From Candidatus Uhrbacteria bacterium (GTDB taxonomy: Bacteria; Patescibacteriota; Patescibacteriia; JACQRZ01): a DNA stretch of 64,000 bases. Position numbers and translations under genes: made by a program. Below the pieces are notes generated by a model. It did no database searches and had not been told where the DNA came from. It worked only from the letters and a program-made list of their open reading frames with translations. Positions 47,818 to 57,886 of this stretch are shown here, piece after piece; position 1 is the first letter of the stretch; every line of letters begins with the position of its first letter. The stretch is from positions 5,435 through 69,434 of the forward strand of contig JACPMJ010000020.1 in assembly GCA_016186045.1 (NCBI GenBank), given 5' to 3'.

Positions 47818-48060
47818 ATGAATATAAGAGAAAATAGGCATATGCGTAAAATAAACCTAAAATCCGTCGTCTGGAAGGAAGGTACATATTATATCTCGCA
47901 ATGTTTAGACGTGGATGTTTCCAGTTTTGGTCAGACAAAGAAGGAGGCTCTCGCTATGTTACGGGAGGCTTTGGAATTGTATTTTAAGGATGTTCCAATC
48001 TTTAAAAAAGCCGAGGTGAAAAATCCGGTTATCGCCTCAGTGAAGCTTCACTATGCCTAA
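47818..48060 (+). CDS. HicB-like (UPF0150) antitoxin-family protein, no adjacent HicA
   Basis: ...VVWKEGTYYISQCLDVDVSSFGQTKKEALAMLREALELYF is the UPF0150/HicB N-domain pattern. The probable start is ATG 47842 (MRKINLK). Confidence 0.5.
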   Translation: MNIRENRHMRKINLKSVVWKEGTYYISQCLDVDVSSFGQTKKEALAMLREALELYFKDVPIFKKAEVKNPVIASVKLHYA

Positions 48061-48174
48061 ACCTTATCCGTTGAGAATCGTATTGAAAGTCCTTTTGAGT
48101 AAGGGCTTCTTTTTTGTTTCTCAAAACGGTTCGCATGGATTGCGTCAAGCCAGATTAGCCGAAGAAGACTTTAT

Positions 48175-48702
48175 ATGGAAAAAATAGTCATAGCATCTAA
48201 AAATCCAGTCAAGATCAATGCTGTCAGACAGGGTTTTGAAAAAATGTTTCCCGGCGGTGTCCGTGAATATATTGGTATCTCTGTTCCTTCAGAGGTTTCT
48301 GATCAACCATTAAGTAATGACGAGACGTTTACGGGCGCGACTCATCGGGCGATGAACGCGCAAAAAGAAATGTCAGACGCGGATTATTGGGTGGGCATTG
48401 AGGGCGGTGTTGAAAAAGTTGGCGAGGAGATGGAGGCATTTGCATGGGTTGTCATCCTATCATCAGAACGTATCGGAAAATCCAGAACGGCGACATTTTT
48501 TCTCCCAAAAGAAGTAGCCCGGCTCATCTGTGAAGGCAAGGAGCTCGGCGAGGCGGATGATATCGTTTTTCAGAGGAATAATTCAAAACAAGAAAATGGC
48601 GCGGTAGGGATTTTGACGGATAATGTTATCGACAGGACGGTATATTATGTGGAAGCCGTTGTTTTTGCCTTGATACCTTTTAAAAATAGAGAATTATATT
48701 AA
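48175..48702 (+). CDS. Non-canonical purine NTP phosphatase (inosine/xanthosine triphosphatase, YjjX family)
   Basis: MEKIVIASKNPVKINAVRQGFEKMF...VSDQPLSNDETFTGATHRAMNA...DYWVGIEGG...AFAWVVI... aligns along its length with the E. coli YjjX pattern. Confidence 0.7.
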   Translation: MEKIVIASKNPVKINAVRQGFEKMFPGGVREYIGISVPSEVSDQPLSNDETFTGATHRAMNAQKEMSDADYWVGIEGGVEKVGEEMEAFAWVVILSSERIGKSRTATFFLPKEVARLICEGKELGEADDIVFQRNNSKQENGAVGILTDNVIDRTVYYVEAVVFALIPFKNRELY

Positions 48703-48811
48703 TCTAATTTTAAAAAACCACAGAACAAACAATGGAAAAGTTTTTTCACCAGAAGAGGTGATGAAGATGTTGAGCGAGGGACGTTTTACCTCAATATTTT
48801 AGAAGTAGCAT

Positions 48812-49477
48812 ATGCAAAATAAAAAAATACAGTTCATTGCGGTAGATCTGCAACATGATTTTACCGCCGAAGGCGGAAGCCATTATCGGCGGCGTCCGTC
48901 TGTTGATTTTGTCAAAGGAATTTTGATGCCGTACTTGCAAGAGAAAAATATCAGAGTTTCGGAAATCATCTCAGATTATCGTAATGAGTATAATAAACGA
49001 AGCAATACCACATGTGTTCCCGGTACGTGGGGATACGCTTCTGAAATACCTGCGAAAAGCAGAAACAAAGAAGTTTGGATCAAATGCCAAAATTCTCCGG
49101 TTTGGGTAACAAAAAATATCGGCGATGCGAAAAAAGAACCAGGTAAACCATTTCAGAATCCGAAAGCATTTACACAGTGGCTCGAAAATAATGTCGGAAA
49201 ACCACAGGATGTTGGTATGGTAGTTTTATTTGGCCTGACATTGGATTGTTGCGTATTTTGTACCGCCCAAGAGCTCAGATTCAGAGGATATACCGTAAAG
49301 ATTCTTGAGGAAGCAACGGATAGCTATAGTGGCATGAAACAAGAAAAGCAGATAATCATTAATAATTATCCATTATTAAATTGGGCAAGGGGAATAAAAT
49401 GGAAAGAATTGCAAAAGATACTTTTACAAAAGATACTTGAAGTAAAGATTATCTTGGAATCGGATATTGAAAAGTAA
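48812..49477 (+). CDS. Isochorismatase-family cysteine hydrolase
   Basis: IAVDLQHDF near the N-terminus and a LDCCVFCTAQELRFRGYTVKIL catalytic-Cys region. Confidence 0.55.
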   Translation: MQNKKIQFIAVDLQHDFTAEGGSHYRRRPSVDFVKGILMPYLQEKNIRVSEIISDYRNEYNKRSNTTCVPGTWGYASEIPAKSRNKEVWIKCQNSPVWVTKNIGDAKKEPGKPFQNPKAFTQWLENNVGKPQDVGMVVLFGLTLDCCVFCTAQELRFRGYTVKILEEATDSYSGMKQEKQIIINNYPLLNWARGIKWKELQKILLQKILEVKIILESDIEK

Positions 49478-50066
49478 TATGTTTCAATACATAGTTTTAA
49501 TCGGAACCGCGGTAGGATTTATTGGCACGTATGCGTATATCAGAGAGACTATTCGCGGTAAAACAAAACCGAACAAGGTTACGTGGTTGATGTGGTCGGT
49601 GGCGCCGCTTATCGCAACAGTCGCCGCCGTATCTGATGGCGTTCGCTTGGCCGTGCTTCCGGTTTTTGTTTCTGGATTTGGGCCGTTGTTAATTTTTGTT
49701 GCTTCTTTTGTCAATCCCAAGTCATACTGGAAATTAGAGACTTTTGATTATATCTGTGGAACTTGTTCTATTTTAGCACTGGTATTTTGGGGAGTTACAA
49801 AAGATCCATTGGTTGCGATTATTTTCGCAATAGCCAGCGACGGTTTTGCGGCAATGCCGACGCTGATTAAATGCTGGAAATATCCAGAGACTGAAACAGT
49901 AGAGGCGTATATGGCCGGTTTGTTCGCCGTATTGACTACTTTTTTTGCATTAAAAAAATTTGACGCGATAGAGCTGGCGTTTCCCATATATCTTGTCTTC
50001 GCGAATTCGTTGTTGATTACCGCAGTGTATATAGGCAGATCGAGGGTTTTAAGAATTTCCAAATAG
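49467..50066 (+). CDS. Hypothetical polytopic membrane protein (199 aa)
   Basis: Intact ORF with 5-6 predicted TM helices; overlaps the previous gene by 11 nt. Confidence 0.4.
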   Translation: MKSNMFQYIVLIGTAVGFIGTYAYIRETIRGKTKPNKVTWLMWSVAPLIATVAAVSDGVRLAVLPVFVSGFGPLLIFVASFVNPKSYWKLETFDYICGTCSILALVFWGVTKDPLVAIIFAIASDGFAAMPTLIKCWKYPETETVEAYMAGLFAVLTTFFALKKFDAIELAFPIYLVFANSLLITAVYIGRSRVLRISK

Positions 50067-50082
50067 GTCTATTTTATTATAT

Positions 50083-51546
50083 ATGCGTACATGGCCCCTC
50101 TCTCTTGCCGTGATTGTCTGTGGAGCTGTAGTGATGATATTTGAGCTCGTGGGTTCGCGAGTGCTGGGACCGTATGTTGGAACATCGCTTTTTGTATGGA
50201 CAAGTCTTATCGGAGTTATTTTGGGAAGCTTGAGTCTTGGTTACTACCTTGGGGGCATTGTTGCGGATAAAAAACCTACAGTGACGGCTCTTTCGGGTAT
50301 TATTTTTCTTTCAGCCGTCTTTATTTTAATAACAGTCGCGATAAAGAGTATTTTTTTGATTTTTTTACAAACCGCTATTTCGGATATCCGCGTATCATCT
50401 GTCATTGCATCTCTTATATTGTTTTCGCCGGCAAGCATTCTTCTCGGCATGGTCTCTCCGTATGCGGCAAAACTTGCACTACAAACATTAGATACATCCG
50501 GCTCAACCGTAGGAAATCTGTATGCGCTTTCTACTGCCGGAAGCATTGCTGGAACATTTCTGTCTGGTTTTTATCTGATCCCGCGCTTTGGTACAAACAA
50601 ACTTCTTATTGTCATCTCAATAGCGCTTCTTCTGACATCGTGGTTGCTTTCTTTTTGGCATAAGAGAGTACTGAAGGTGATCTTTTTATGTATTGCTCTG
50701 TCGAGTTTTATCATCGCGGATGGACTGGATGCCATTATGAGGAGTCGTGGTCTTATTGATACTGATACTGCATACAATCGCATTCAAATTTATGACGGGA
50801 TTGACGAAGAGTCGCGCGAGCCGATCCGTACTCTTTCTGTCGGTAATGAAAGAAATTCCGCGATGTTTTTACGGAAGGATGATTTGGTATATGAATATAC
50901 AAAGTATTATCATCTTGCATCTCAACTGTATCCCGGGTTCAAAAAAACGCTGATGCTGGGCGGTGCGGGGTATTCCTATCCTAAAGATTTTCTACTAAAG
51001 TATCCTGACGCGACTATGGATGTTGTTGAGATTGATCCCGGAGTGACTGCGCTTGCGAAGATATATTTTCGTCTTTCGGAAGATCCTCGACTCACTATCA
51101 TTCATGCGGATGCCCGTGAATTTCTTAATACAACACGCAAAACTTATGATGTCATTTTTGGCGACGCGTTCACATCCCATTATTCATTGCCATACCAGTT
51201 GACCACACGCGAGGCGGTGCAGAGAGAGTATGATATTTTGAATCCAAACGGAGTTATTATTCTTAATATCATTTCGTCGTTTGAAGGCGAGAGGGGATTG
51301 TTTCTTCGCGCAGAACATGCTACGTATGCCGACATTTTTCCCAGAGTCTATCTTTTTCCGGTGCAGAACAAAGAAAATGGAAACGAGGTGCAAAATATCA
51401 TACTCGTAGCATGTAAAACAAAGTGCGAACATCCGTACATGGAGCGCTATCTTGCAGAAGCGTGGAAAAAAGAGATACAAAAAGACGTACCCATCCTTAC
51501 GGACGATTTTGCGCCGGTTGATTTTTATATCAATAAATTATTTTAA
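50083..51546 (+). CDS. Spermidine-synthase-like (PABS fold) protein fused to an N-terminal 6-7 TM membrane domain
   Basis: C-terminal ...TLMLGGAGYSYP...MDVVEIDPGVTALAKIYF...TIIHADAREFL...YDVIFGDAF... is the aminopropyltransferase/MTase-like pattern. Confidence 0.5.
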   Translation: MRTWPLSLAVIVCGAVVMIFELVGSRVLGPYVGTSLFVWTSLIGVILGSLSLGYYLGGIVADKKPTVTALSGIIFLSAVFILITVAIKSIFLIFLQTAISDIRVSSVIASLILFSPASILLGMVSPYAAKLALQTLDTSGSTVGNLYALSTAGSIAGTFLSGFYLIPRFGTNKLLIVISIALLLTSWLLSFWHKRVLKVIFLCIALSSFIIADGLDAIMRSRGLIDTDTAYNRIQIYDGIDEESREPIRTLSVGNERNSAMFLRKDDLVYEYTKYYHLASQLYPGFKKTLMLGGAGYSYPKDFLLKYPDATMDVVEIDPGVTALAKIYFRLSEDPRLTIIHADAREFLNTTRKTYDVIFGDAFTSHYSLPYQLTTREAVQREYDILNPNGVIILNIISSFEGERGLFLRAEHATYADIFPRVYLFPVQNKENGNEVQNIILVACKTKCEHPYMERYLAEAWKKEIQKDVPILTDDFAPVDFYINKLF

Positions 51547-51630
51547 AGAAAAATAAAAACAGATTATAGCGCTCTATATGAAAATAGATGGATAGTCTGT
51601 TTTAAGGGTGGTGAGAAATGTTCTTTTGTC

Positions 51631-51777
51631 ATCAGACTGTCTAAAAACTGTCATTCCGAGCGGTCAGCGAGGAATCCCGATGTTAGAAACATGATATCAA
51701 CGGGATCCTTTCGCGGAGTTTACCCCAGACTGCGATCTGGGGTTCAGGATGACAGAAGTGAGTTTTTAGACAGTCTG
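51631..51777. repeat. Intergenic structured repeat, family copy 4 (subfamily A), nested in a perfect 17-bp inverted repeat cagactgtctaaaaact / agtttttagacagtctg
   Basis: Core at 51648-51757: CTGTCATTCCGAGCGGTCAGCGAGGAATCCCGATG...CAACGGGATCC...CCCCAGACTGCGATCTGGGG TTCAGGATGACAG. Internal hairpins are atcccg/cgggat and ccccaga/tctgggg. Confidence 0.55.
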
Positions 51778-52151
51778 GGTACTCGGGAAAAACTCCGTGG
51801 AGGGATCTGCATTCGTTCAATGTATATCCACACAAATCCCTCCACTCCGGTCGGGATGATACAAAGCGATTTTGCGGTGTTTCTCTACAGTCCCACCTTG
51901 GTTTTGGAAGCTTTGACGGCGACAGCCGCTTTCTTCTTTGTTGTCTTTATACAACGCGTACAGATAAGGAGACTTTTCTCGTCAATCCATTTTTTTTGGA
52001 GATTGACATATTGTCGGCGAAGTACTTTTATGTTAGAATGACTTCTCCGGGCTGCTTTCATGGAGCTTCGATTGCAAAATGCGCATGAACGGGCCATACC
52101 CATAGACAATTACAGTGAATTATTACACAATAAAGAGTATAGCAAAGAATT

Positions 52152-52826
52152 ATGGAACAGGCAATAGGTCCATTCCTTCCAGTCATTATTACGGTTGCGG
52201 CGCTCCTCATTTCTCTCACTGTCCATGAGTTTTCTCATGGGTTTGCGGCATATCTTCAGGGAGATGAGACGGCAAAGCGCATGGGGCGGCTGACACTGAA
52301 TCCCATTCCGCATATTGATCCTATCGGCACACTCCTTGTGCCTGCGCTTTTTATACTTCCGTCACTCATTCCGGGTTCAGGCGCGCCCGCGATGCTTTTT
52401 GGCTGGGCGAAGCCGGTTCCGTTTAATCCCTATAATCTTCGCGATGGGAAACGCGGCATATTTCGGGTAGGCATTGCCGGTCCACTCGCGAACGCAATTC
52501 TTTTCCTCGCATCAGGTTTTGCATTGAAATACGCGTTTCATATTGTGCAGCCGGATAATTTTTTACTTGAATTTCTGCGTGTGATGATGGGGTTGAATTT
52601 TGCCCTCATGGTGTTTAATCTTATTCCAGTGCCTCCATTGGACGGATCACAGATTTTTTTCAGTTTACTTTCTTCGCGATACAGCCATCTCCAACAAAAG
52701 GTTGAAATGTTTGGCTCGCAAGCGCTGATGATACTTCTTTTTATTGAGTTTGCGGTTTACCCAATCATAGGGACGTTTATCGGTTTTCTGTATTCGCTTG
52801 CGGTGTATGCGCTTTTTTCCTATTGA
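52152..52826 (+). CDS. Peptidase M50 / site-2-protease-family membrane zinc metalloprotease
   Basis: HEFSHG (HExxH) in the first TM helix; polytopic. Confidence 0.6.
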   Translation: MEQAIGPFLPVIITVAALLISLTVHEFSHGFAAYLQGDETAKRMGRLTLNPIPHIDPIGTLLVPALFILPSLIPGSGAPAMLFGWAKPVPFNPYNLRDGKRGIFRVGIAGPLANAILFLASGFALKYAFHIVQPDNFLLEFLRVMMGLNFALMVFNLIPVPPLDGSQIFFSLLSSRYSHLQQKVEMFGSQALMILLFIEFAVYPIIGTFIGFLYSLAVYALFSY

Positions 52827-52851
52827 CAGGGTCGCGGATATGCGATAGCAT
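52823..52851 (+). promoter_or_regulatory. Candidate promoter for the str operon: -35 TTGACA, 17 bp, -10 TAGCAT
   Basis: Perfect -35 hexamer read directly; the -10 is weak. Confidence 0.25.
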
Positions 52852-52916
52852 AAAGGGTGCGAGAGATATAAAGAGTTCGCACAAGCGGCTTTTTTATTTA
52901 TAATAAGAAGAGAAAT

Positions 52917-53327
52917 ATGGCAACGGTGAATCAGCTTATTCGCAAGGGAAGAATACGAAAAATACGGAAGACAAAATCTCCGGCGATGGAATTTACGCTC
53001 AATACTTTGCGCAGAAAGCGGACGTTTACCGCAAGCCCGTTCAAGCGGGGAGTATGTGTCAAGGTCACTACCATGACGCCAAAGAAACCAAACTCCGCGT
53101 TGCGAAAAATTGCGCGCGTTCGTCTGTCAAACGGTATGGAGGTAACGGCATATATTCCGGGTATCGGTCATAACTTACAAGAGCACTCCATCGTACTGGT
53201 GCGCGGAGGACGCGTGAAGGATTTGCCGGGTGTGCGCTATCATGTCGTGCGTGGAGTCTATGATACTGTGGGAGTCTCAACACGCAGACAGGGACGTTCA
53301 CTGTATGGAGCAAAAAAGCCGAAATAA
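52917..53327 (+). CDS. rpsL: 30S ribosomal protein S12 (with roughly 12-15-aa insertion near the N-terminus)
   Basis: [12 protein letters not shown]... and ...[56 protein letters not shown].... Confidence 0.9.
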   Translation: MATVNQLIRKGRIRKIRKTKSPAMEFTLNTLRRKRTFTASPFKRGVCVKVTTMTPKKPNSALRKIARVRLSNGMEVTAYIPGIGHNLQEHSIVLVRGGRVKDLPGVRYHVVRGVYDTVGVSTRRQGRSLYGAKKPK

Positions 53328-53355
53328 TTTTTTTATCATTTTTTAATAGTTAGAT

Positions 53356-53835
53356 ATGCGTGGAAAACCAGCGCCAAAACGAAAGATTCTGCCTGATATC
53401 AAATATCAAAGCACGGTATTGGCGAAATTTATCAATTCTCTCATGGAACGAGGGAAAAAAGCTGTTGCGCAAAAGATCGTGTACCAAGCATTTGAAATCA
53501 TAGAAAAAAAGACCAAAGAAAAAGCATTGGATATATTTGACATGGCGCTGAAAAATGTCATGCCAATTATTGAGGTGCGCGCGCGTCGTATTGGCGGCGC
53601 AAATTATCAGATTCCTATTCCTGTGCGCGGAGACCGCAGATTTCAGCTGGCGTTTCGATGGATTATTGGCGCGGCACAGACTAAGAAAGGCCGTCCCATG
53701 GCAGAAAAACTTGCCAATGAGCTTATGGCAGGCGCACAAGGAGAAGGCGATGCGGTCAAGAAGCGCAATGATGTCCATCGCATGGCAGAGGCAAATCGCG
53801 CATTTGCCCATTTTGCACGATTTTCATCACGATAA
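53356..53835 (+). CDS. rpsG: 30S ribosomal protein S7
   Basis: MRGKPAPKRKILPDIKYQSTVLAKFINSLMERGKK.... Confidence 0.9.
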   Translation: MRGKPAPKRKILPDIKYQSTVLAKFINSLMERGKKAVAQKIVYQAFEIIEKKTKEKALDIFDMALKNVMPIIEVRARRIGGANYQIPIPVRGDRRFQLAFRWIIGAAQTKKGRPMAEKLANELMAGAQGEGDAVKKRNDVHRMAEANRAFAHFARFSSR

Positions 53836-53922
53836 ATATGATATAAACGGAAAGAGTCGACAGAGATGATTACGGCTCTTTCTTTATTTGTAACCCATAA
53901 CCTATTATCTGTAACTTAATGT

Positions 53923-56013
53923 ATGAGAGAATATCCAATAGAAAAGACACGAAATTTCGGCATTATTGCTCACATTGACGCCGGAAAAACTACGGTGACA
54001 GAACGCATTCTTTTTTATACTGGAAAAAAGCATAAAATCGGTGAGGTGCATCATGGGGAGGCGACCATGGATTGGATGGAACAAGAACGGGAGCGCGGCA
54101 TTACCATTACTGCCGCGGCTACCACTTGTTTTTGGGGCGGATATCGGTTCAATATTATTGATACGCCCGGACATATTGATTTTACCGTGGAGGTTCAGCG
54201 AAGTTTGCGCGTGCTTGACGGCGGCGTGGTGGTATTTGACGGCGTTGCCGGCGTAGAGCCGCAATCTGAAACAGTCTGGCGTCAAGCAGACAAGTATGAG
54301 GTGCCGCGCATTTGTTTTATCAACAAGCTTGATCGCACCGGCGCAAATTGGTTTGCAGACATGGACTCCATCCATGAGCGTCTGACAAAAAATGCGTATG
54401 CCGTCCAGCTGCCTATCGGCATTGAGGATACGTTCAAAGGAATGATTGATCTGCTTACGCGAAAGGCATATTACTATATGGATGAATTGGGAACAAAGAT
54501 TGAAGAGCGTGAGATTCCAAACGATATGAAAGAGCTGGTGGATGAGTATCGGAAAAAACTTTTAGAGGCGATCATTGAAAACGACGAGGATCTCATGAAT
54601 ACCTATCTCGCCGGCAAAGAAATTTCCGTTGAGGAGCTCAAGCGCGTTTTGCGCAAGGCGTGTATCGCACGGACTGTCATTCCGGTGCTCTGCGGCAGTG
54701 CATTAAAAAACAAAGGCGTGCAGTTCCTTTTGGATGCCGTCAATGATTATTTGCCATCTCCTGTTGACATTCCTCCGGTGAAAGGATTTCATCCGCGCGA
54801 TCCGGATATGGAGCTTGCTCGCGAAGCGCGCGATAATGAAAAATTTTGCTCACTTGCATTTAAGATTGCCGCAGATCCGTTTATTGGAAAATTATGTTTT
54901 TTTCGCGTGTATTCCGGATCAATGAAAGCAGGATCATATGTTCTCAATGCACGCACCGGCGATAAGGAGCGTATTGGCCGCATTGTGCGTATGCATGCAA
55001 ACCAGCGGGAAGAAGTGGAAGAGATTTATGCAGGTGAAATAGGCGCGGCGGTAGGACTGAAAAATACCGTCACCGGAGATACGCTGTGCGACGTGGATCA
55101 CCCAATCCTTCTGGAGTCCATTGTCTTTCCTGAGCCGGTTATCTCTGTCGCTATTGAGCCAAAAACACGCGCAGATCAGGAAAAAATGGGTATCGCGCTT
55201 TCAAAACTTGCGGAAGAGGACCCGACATTTCGTATCCATACGGATGAGGAGACGCTCCAGACCATTATTTCCGGCATGGGAGAGCTCCATTTGGATATCA
55301 TTATTGATCGCATGAAACGGGAATTTAAAGTGGAGGCGAATGTTGGGAAGCCACAGGTGGCATACAAGGAGACCATTACCAGAGAGGCGGAAGGAGAGGG
55401 AAAATATATTCGTCAGTCTGGCGGTCGCGGGCAATATGGCCATTGCTGGCTGCGCATTGAGCCGCTTGAAGCAGGCAAAGGATTCGAATTTGTTGAAGAA
55501 ATAAAAGGCGGCGCTATTCCCAAGGAATTTATTGCGCCTATTGAAAAAGGAGTAAAAGAAGCGCTGACACGCGGCGTCTTGGCCGGCTACCCGCTTATTG
55601 ATGTGAAAGTGACTGTATTTGACGGGTCATACCATGATGTGGATTCTTCAGAAGCGGCATTTAAACTTGCAGGATCATTTGCGTTTCAGGATGCCGCAAA
55701 GCAAGCAGGATTGGTACTGCTCGAGCCGATGATGAAAGTGGAGGTGGTTACCCCGGAGCAATTTATGGGCGAGGTCATCGGGGATCTTAATTCAAAACGC
55801 GGTCAGGTTCGTGAGATGACAGAACGGTCGGGTATCAAGGTGATTGATGCGTTTGTGCCATTGGCGGAAATGTTTGGATATGCCACGCAATTACGGTCCA
55901 TGACGCAAGGTAGAGCAAGTTATTCCATGGAATTTGACCACTATGAGCAGGTTCCGCGAAATGTGGTGGAACAGATTCTTACGATAAAAGGAAAGGAAAC
56001 GCGAAGAATATGA
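53923..56013 (+). CDS. fusA: Elongation factor G
   Basis: [24 protein letters not shown]... and DTPGHIDF. Confidence 0.95.
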   Translation: MREYPIEKTRNFGIIAHIDAGKTTVTERILFYTGKKHKIGEVHHGEATMDWMEQERERGITITAAATTCFWGGYRFNIIDTPGHIDFTVEVQRSLRVLDGGVVVFDGVAGVEPQSETVWRQADKYEVPRICFINKLDRTGANWFADMDSIHERLTKNAYAVQLPIGIEDTFKGMIDLLTRKAYYYMDELGTKIEEREIPNDMKELVDEYRKKLLEAIIENDEDLMNTYLAGKEISVEELKRVLRKACIARTVIPVLCGSALKNKGVQFLLDAVNDYLPSPVDIPPVKGFHPRDPDMELAREARDNEKFCSLAFKIAADPFIGKLCFFRVYSGSMKAGSYVLNARTGDKERIGRIVRMHANQREEVEEIYAGEIGAAVGLKNTVTGDTLCDVDHPILLESIVFPEPVISVAIEPKTRADQEKMGIALSKLAEEDPTFRIHTDEETLQTIISGMGELHLDIIIDRMKREFKVEANVGKPQVAYKETITREAEGEGKYIRQSGGRGQYGHCWLRIEPLEAGKGFEFVEEIKGGAIPKEFIAPIEKGVKEALTRGVLAGYPLIDVKVTVFDGSYHDVDSSEAAFKLAGSFAFQDAAKQAGLVLLEPMMKVEVVTPEQFMGEVIGDLNSKRGQVREMTERSGIKVIDAFVPLAEMFGYATQLRSMTQGRASYSMEFDHYEQVPRNVVEQILTIKGKETRRI

Positions 56014-56282
56014 CGAAGGAAGTTTTTGAACAGCTATGTGATATTATAGGGAAAATAGGAGGTCCATGCGTGTTTTTGTACCATGAAAAGCCGTATATTC
56101 TCTTTGATTTGCGGGCGTTTCGGACATTAGTGGATACATTGGGGACAACCAGTGGCTTGACAGTTTCTGCGCCCACAGATACAATAAACCGAGAAATTGC
56201 GCTGATTTTGGAAAAAGAGAAAACAAAAGGATTTGACAATTCTCCAGAATATGATACACTTGATCCATTCAACGCGTCATAA
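56010..56282 (+). CDS. Phd/YefM-like small protein (orphan antitoxin-like), translationally coupled to fusA
   Basis: ATGA overlap with the fusA stop. ...[28 protein letters not shown] matches the Phd/YefM core pattern (PxVItr.gKPvaVLlsleeYesLlEt). Confidence 0.45.
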   Translation: MTKEVFEQLCDIIGKIGGPCVFLYHEKPYILFDLRAFRTLVDTLGTTSGLTVSAPTDTINREIALILEKEKTKGFDNSPEYDTLDPFNAS

Positions 56283-56318
56283 CGCATGTTTATTTTTTAT
56301 TAACATAGAGAGAATTAT

Positions 56319-57509
56319 ATGGCAGAAAAATTTGAGCGCACAAAACCGCACGTGAACGTAGGAACCATTGGCCACGTTGACCATGGAAAGACTACGCTGA
56401 CCGCGTCAATTCTTAAGGTTCTTGCATCGCATGGTATGAAGGCGCAGGACAAAAGCGTGGATCAGATTGATGCTGCTCCGGAAGAAAAAGCACGCGGCAT
56501 TACCATTAATACTGCACACGTGGAATATGAAAGCGATAAGCGCCACTATGCGCACGTTGACTGTCCAGGCCATGCGGATTATATCAAAAACATGATTACT
56601 GGCGCGGCTCAGATGGACGGCGCAATTTTGGTGGTGTCCGCCACAGACGGTCCCATGCCACAGACGCGCGAGCATATTCTTTTGGCGCGCCAAGTAGGTG
56701 TTCCGTATATCGTCGTCTTTTTGAATAAGGTTGACATGGTGGAAGATAAAGAACTGATTGACCTTGTGGAAGAGGAGGTGCGCGATCTTTTGAAAAAATA
56801 CGAATTTCCTGGAGACACTACGCCCATTATTCGCGGGTCGGCGCTCAAAGCGCTTGAAAATCCGGGAAATGAAGAAGCGGCGAAGCCGGTATTGGACCTC
56901 ATCAAGGCGCTTGACGAATATATTCCGGAACCAACACGTGAAACAGACAAACCATTTCTTATGCCGATTGAAGACATCTTCTCCATTGAAGGCCGCGGAA
57001 CAGTAGTCACCGGAAGAATTGAGCGCGGTGTGATTCATGTGAATGAAGAAGTTGAAATTGTTGGATTTGGCGATACATTCAAGACTGTTGTGACTGGCGT
57101 TGAAATGTTTAATAAGTCCCTTGACGAGGGTCGCGCCGGAGACAATGCCGGACTCCTGCTTCGCGGAACCAAGAAAGACGAAGTGGAACGCGGCATGGTG
57201 CTTTCAAAAACAGGAACCGTGACGCCGCATTTAGAATTTGAAGCCCAGGTGTATATTCTCTCCAAAGAAGAAGGTGGACGCCATAAGCCGTTTTTCAAAG
57301 GATACAAACCGCAATTCTATATCCGCACTACTGACGTGACTGGAGAAATCGAATTGCCGGCAGGCACTGAGATGGTTATGCCGGGAGATACGATGAATAT
57401 GGCTGTCAAGCTGATTACTCCGGTGGCGCTTGAAGAAAAACAGCGATTTGCGATCCGTGAAGGCGGGTTGACGGTGGGCGCAGGAGCGGTGACTAAGATT
57501 ATCAAATAA
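56319..57509 (+). CDS. tuf: Elongation factor Tu
   Basis: [29 protein letters not shown].... Confidence 0.95.
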   Translation: MAEKFERTKPHVNVGTIGHVDHGKTTLTASILKVLASHGMKAQDKSVDQIDAAPEEKARGITINTAHVEYESDKRHYAHVDCPGHADYIKNMITGAAQMDGAILVVSATDGPMPQTREHILLARQVGVPYIVVFLNKVDMVEDKELIDLVEEEVRDLLKKYEFPGDTTPIIRGSALKALENPGNEEAAKPVLDLIKALDEYIPEPTRETDKPFLMPIEDIFSIEGRGTVVTGRIERGVIHVNEEVEIVGFGDTFKTVVTGVEMFNKSLDEGRAGDNAGLLLRGTKKDEVERGMVLSKTGTVTPHLEFEAQVYILSKEEGGRHKPFFKGYKPQFYIRTTDVTGEIELPAGTEMVMPGDTMNMAVKLITPVALEEKQRFAIREGGLTVGAGAVTKIIK

Positions 57510-57529
57510 TTATTTGTAATGGAAATGTC

Positions 57530-57886
57530 ATGTCCGCACGAAGCGCAAAAACCAAAGAGAAGACAGATCAGAAGAACGAGAAGCCAAAGATTCGGATCCG
57601 TTTGCGCGCGTATGATCATAAGATTATCGATCAGTCAGCGCAAAGCATTATTGACGCAGTGACGCGAAGCGGCGCGACCGTGCATGGTCCCATTCCATTG
57701 CCGACAGAAAAAAATACCTATACAGTGTTGCGATCAACGTTTGTAAAAAAAGATGCGCGCGATCAGTTTGAAATGCGGACGCATAAGCGCTTGATTGACA
57801 TTGTTGACGCAACAGCAAAAACCACTGAAGTTCTGACGAGCTTGAATTTGCCGGCCGGGGTTGATCTGGAGATCAAAATGACCTAA
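57530..57886 (+). CDS. rpsJ: 30S ribosomal protein S10 (with about 18-aa basic N-terminal extension)
   Basis: ...[25 protein letters not shown].... Confidence 0.85.
   Translation: MSARSAKTKEKTDQKNEKPKIRIRLRAYDHKIIDQSAQSIIDAVTRSGATVHGPIPLPTEKNTYTVLRSTFVKKDARDQFEMRTHKRLIDIVDATAKTTEVLTSLNLPAGVDLEIKMT

Noticed and set aside
51691-52041. 116-aa ORF in the long intergenic region before the M50 protease gene
   Set aside because: It starts inside repeat copy 4, has no recognisable features and lies in a hairpin-dense region. The region is more likely non-coding.
52876-52904. Perfect TATAAT with a TTCGCA -35 just 12 nt upstream of the rpsL ATG
   Set aside because: It would leave a roughly 5-nt leader without the AAGAAGAG Shine-Dalgarno-like stretch. 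The upstream TTGACA candidate at 52823 is listed instead, at low confidence.
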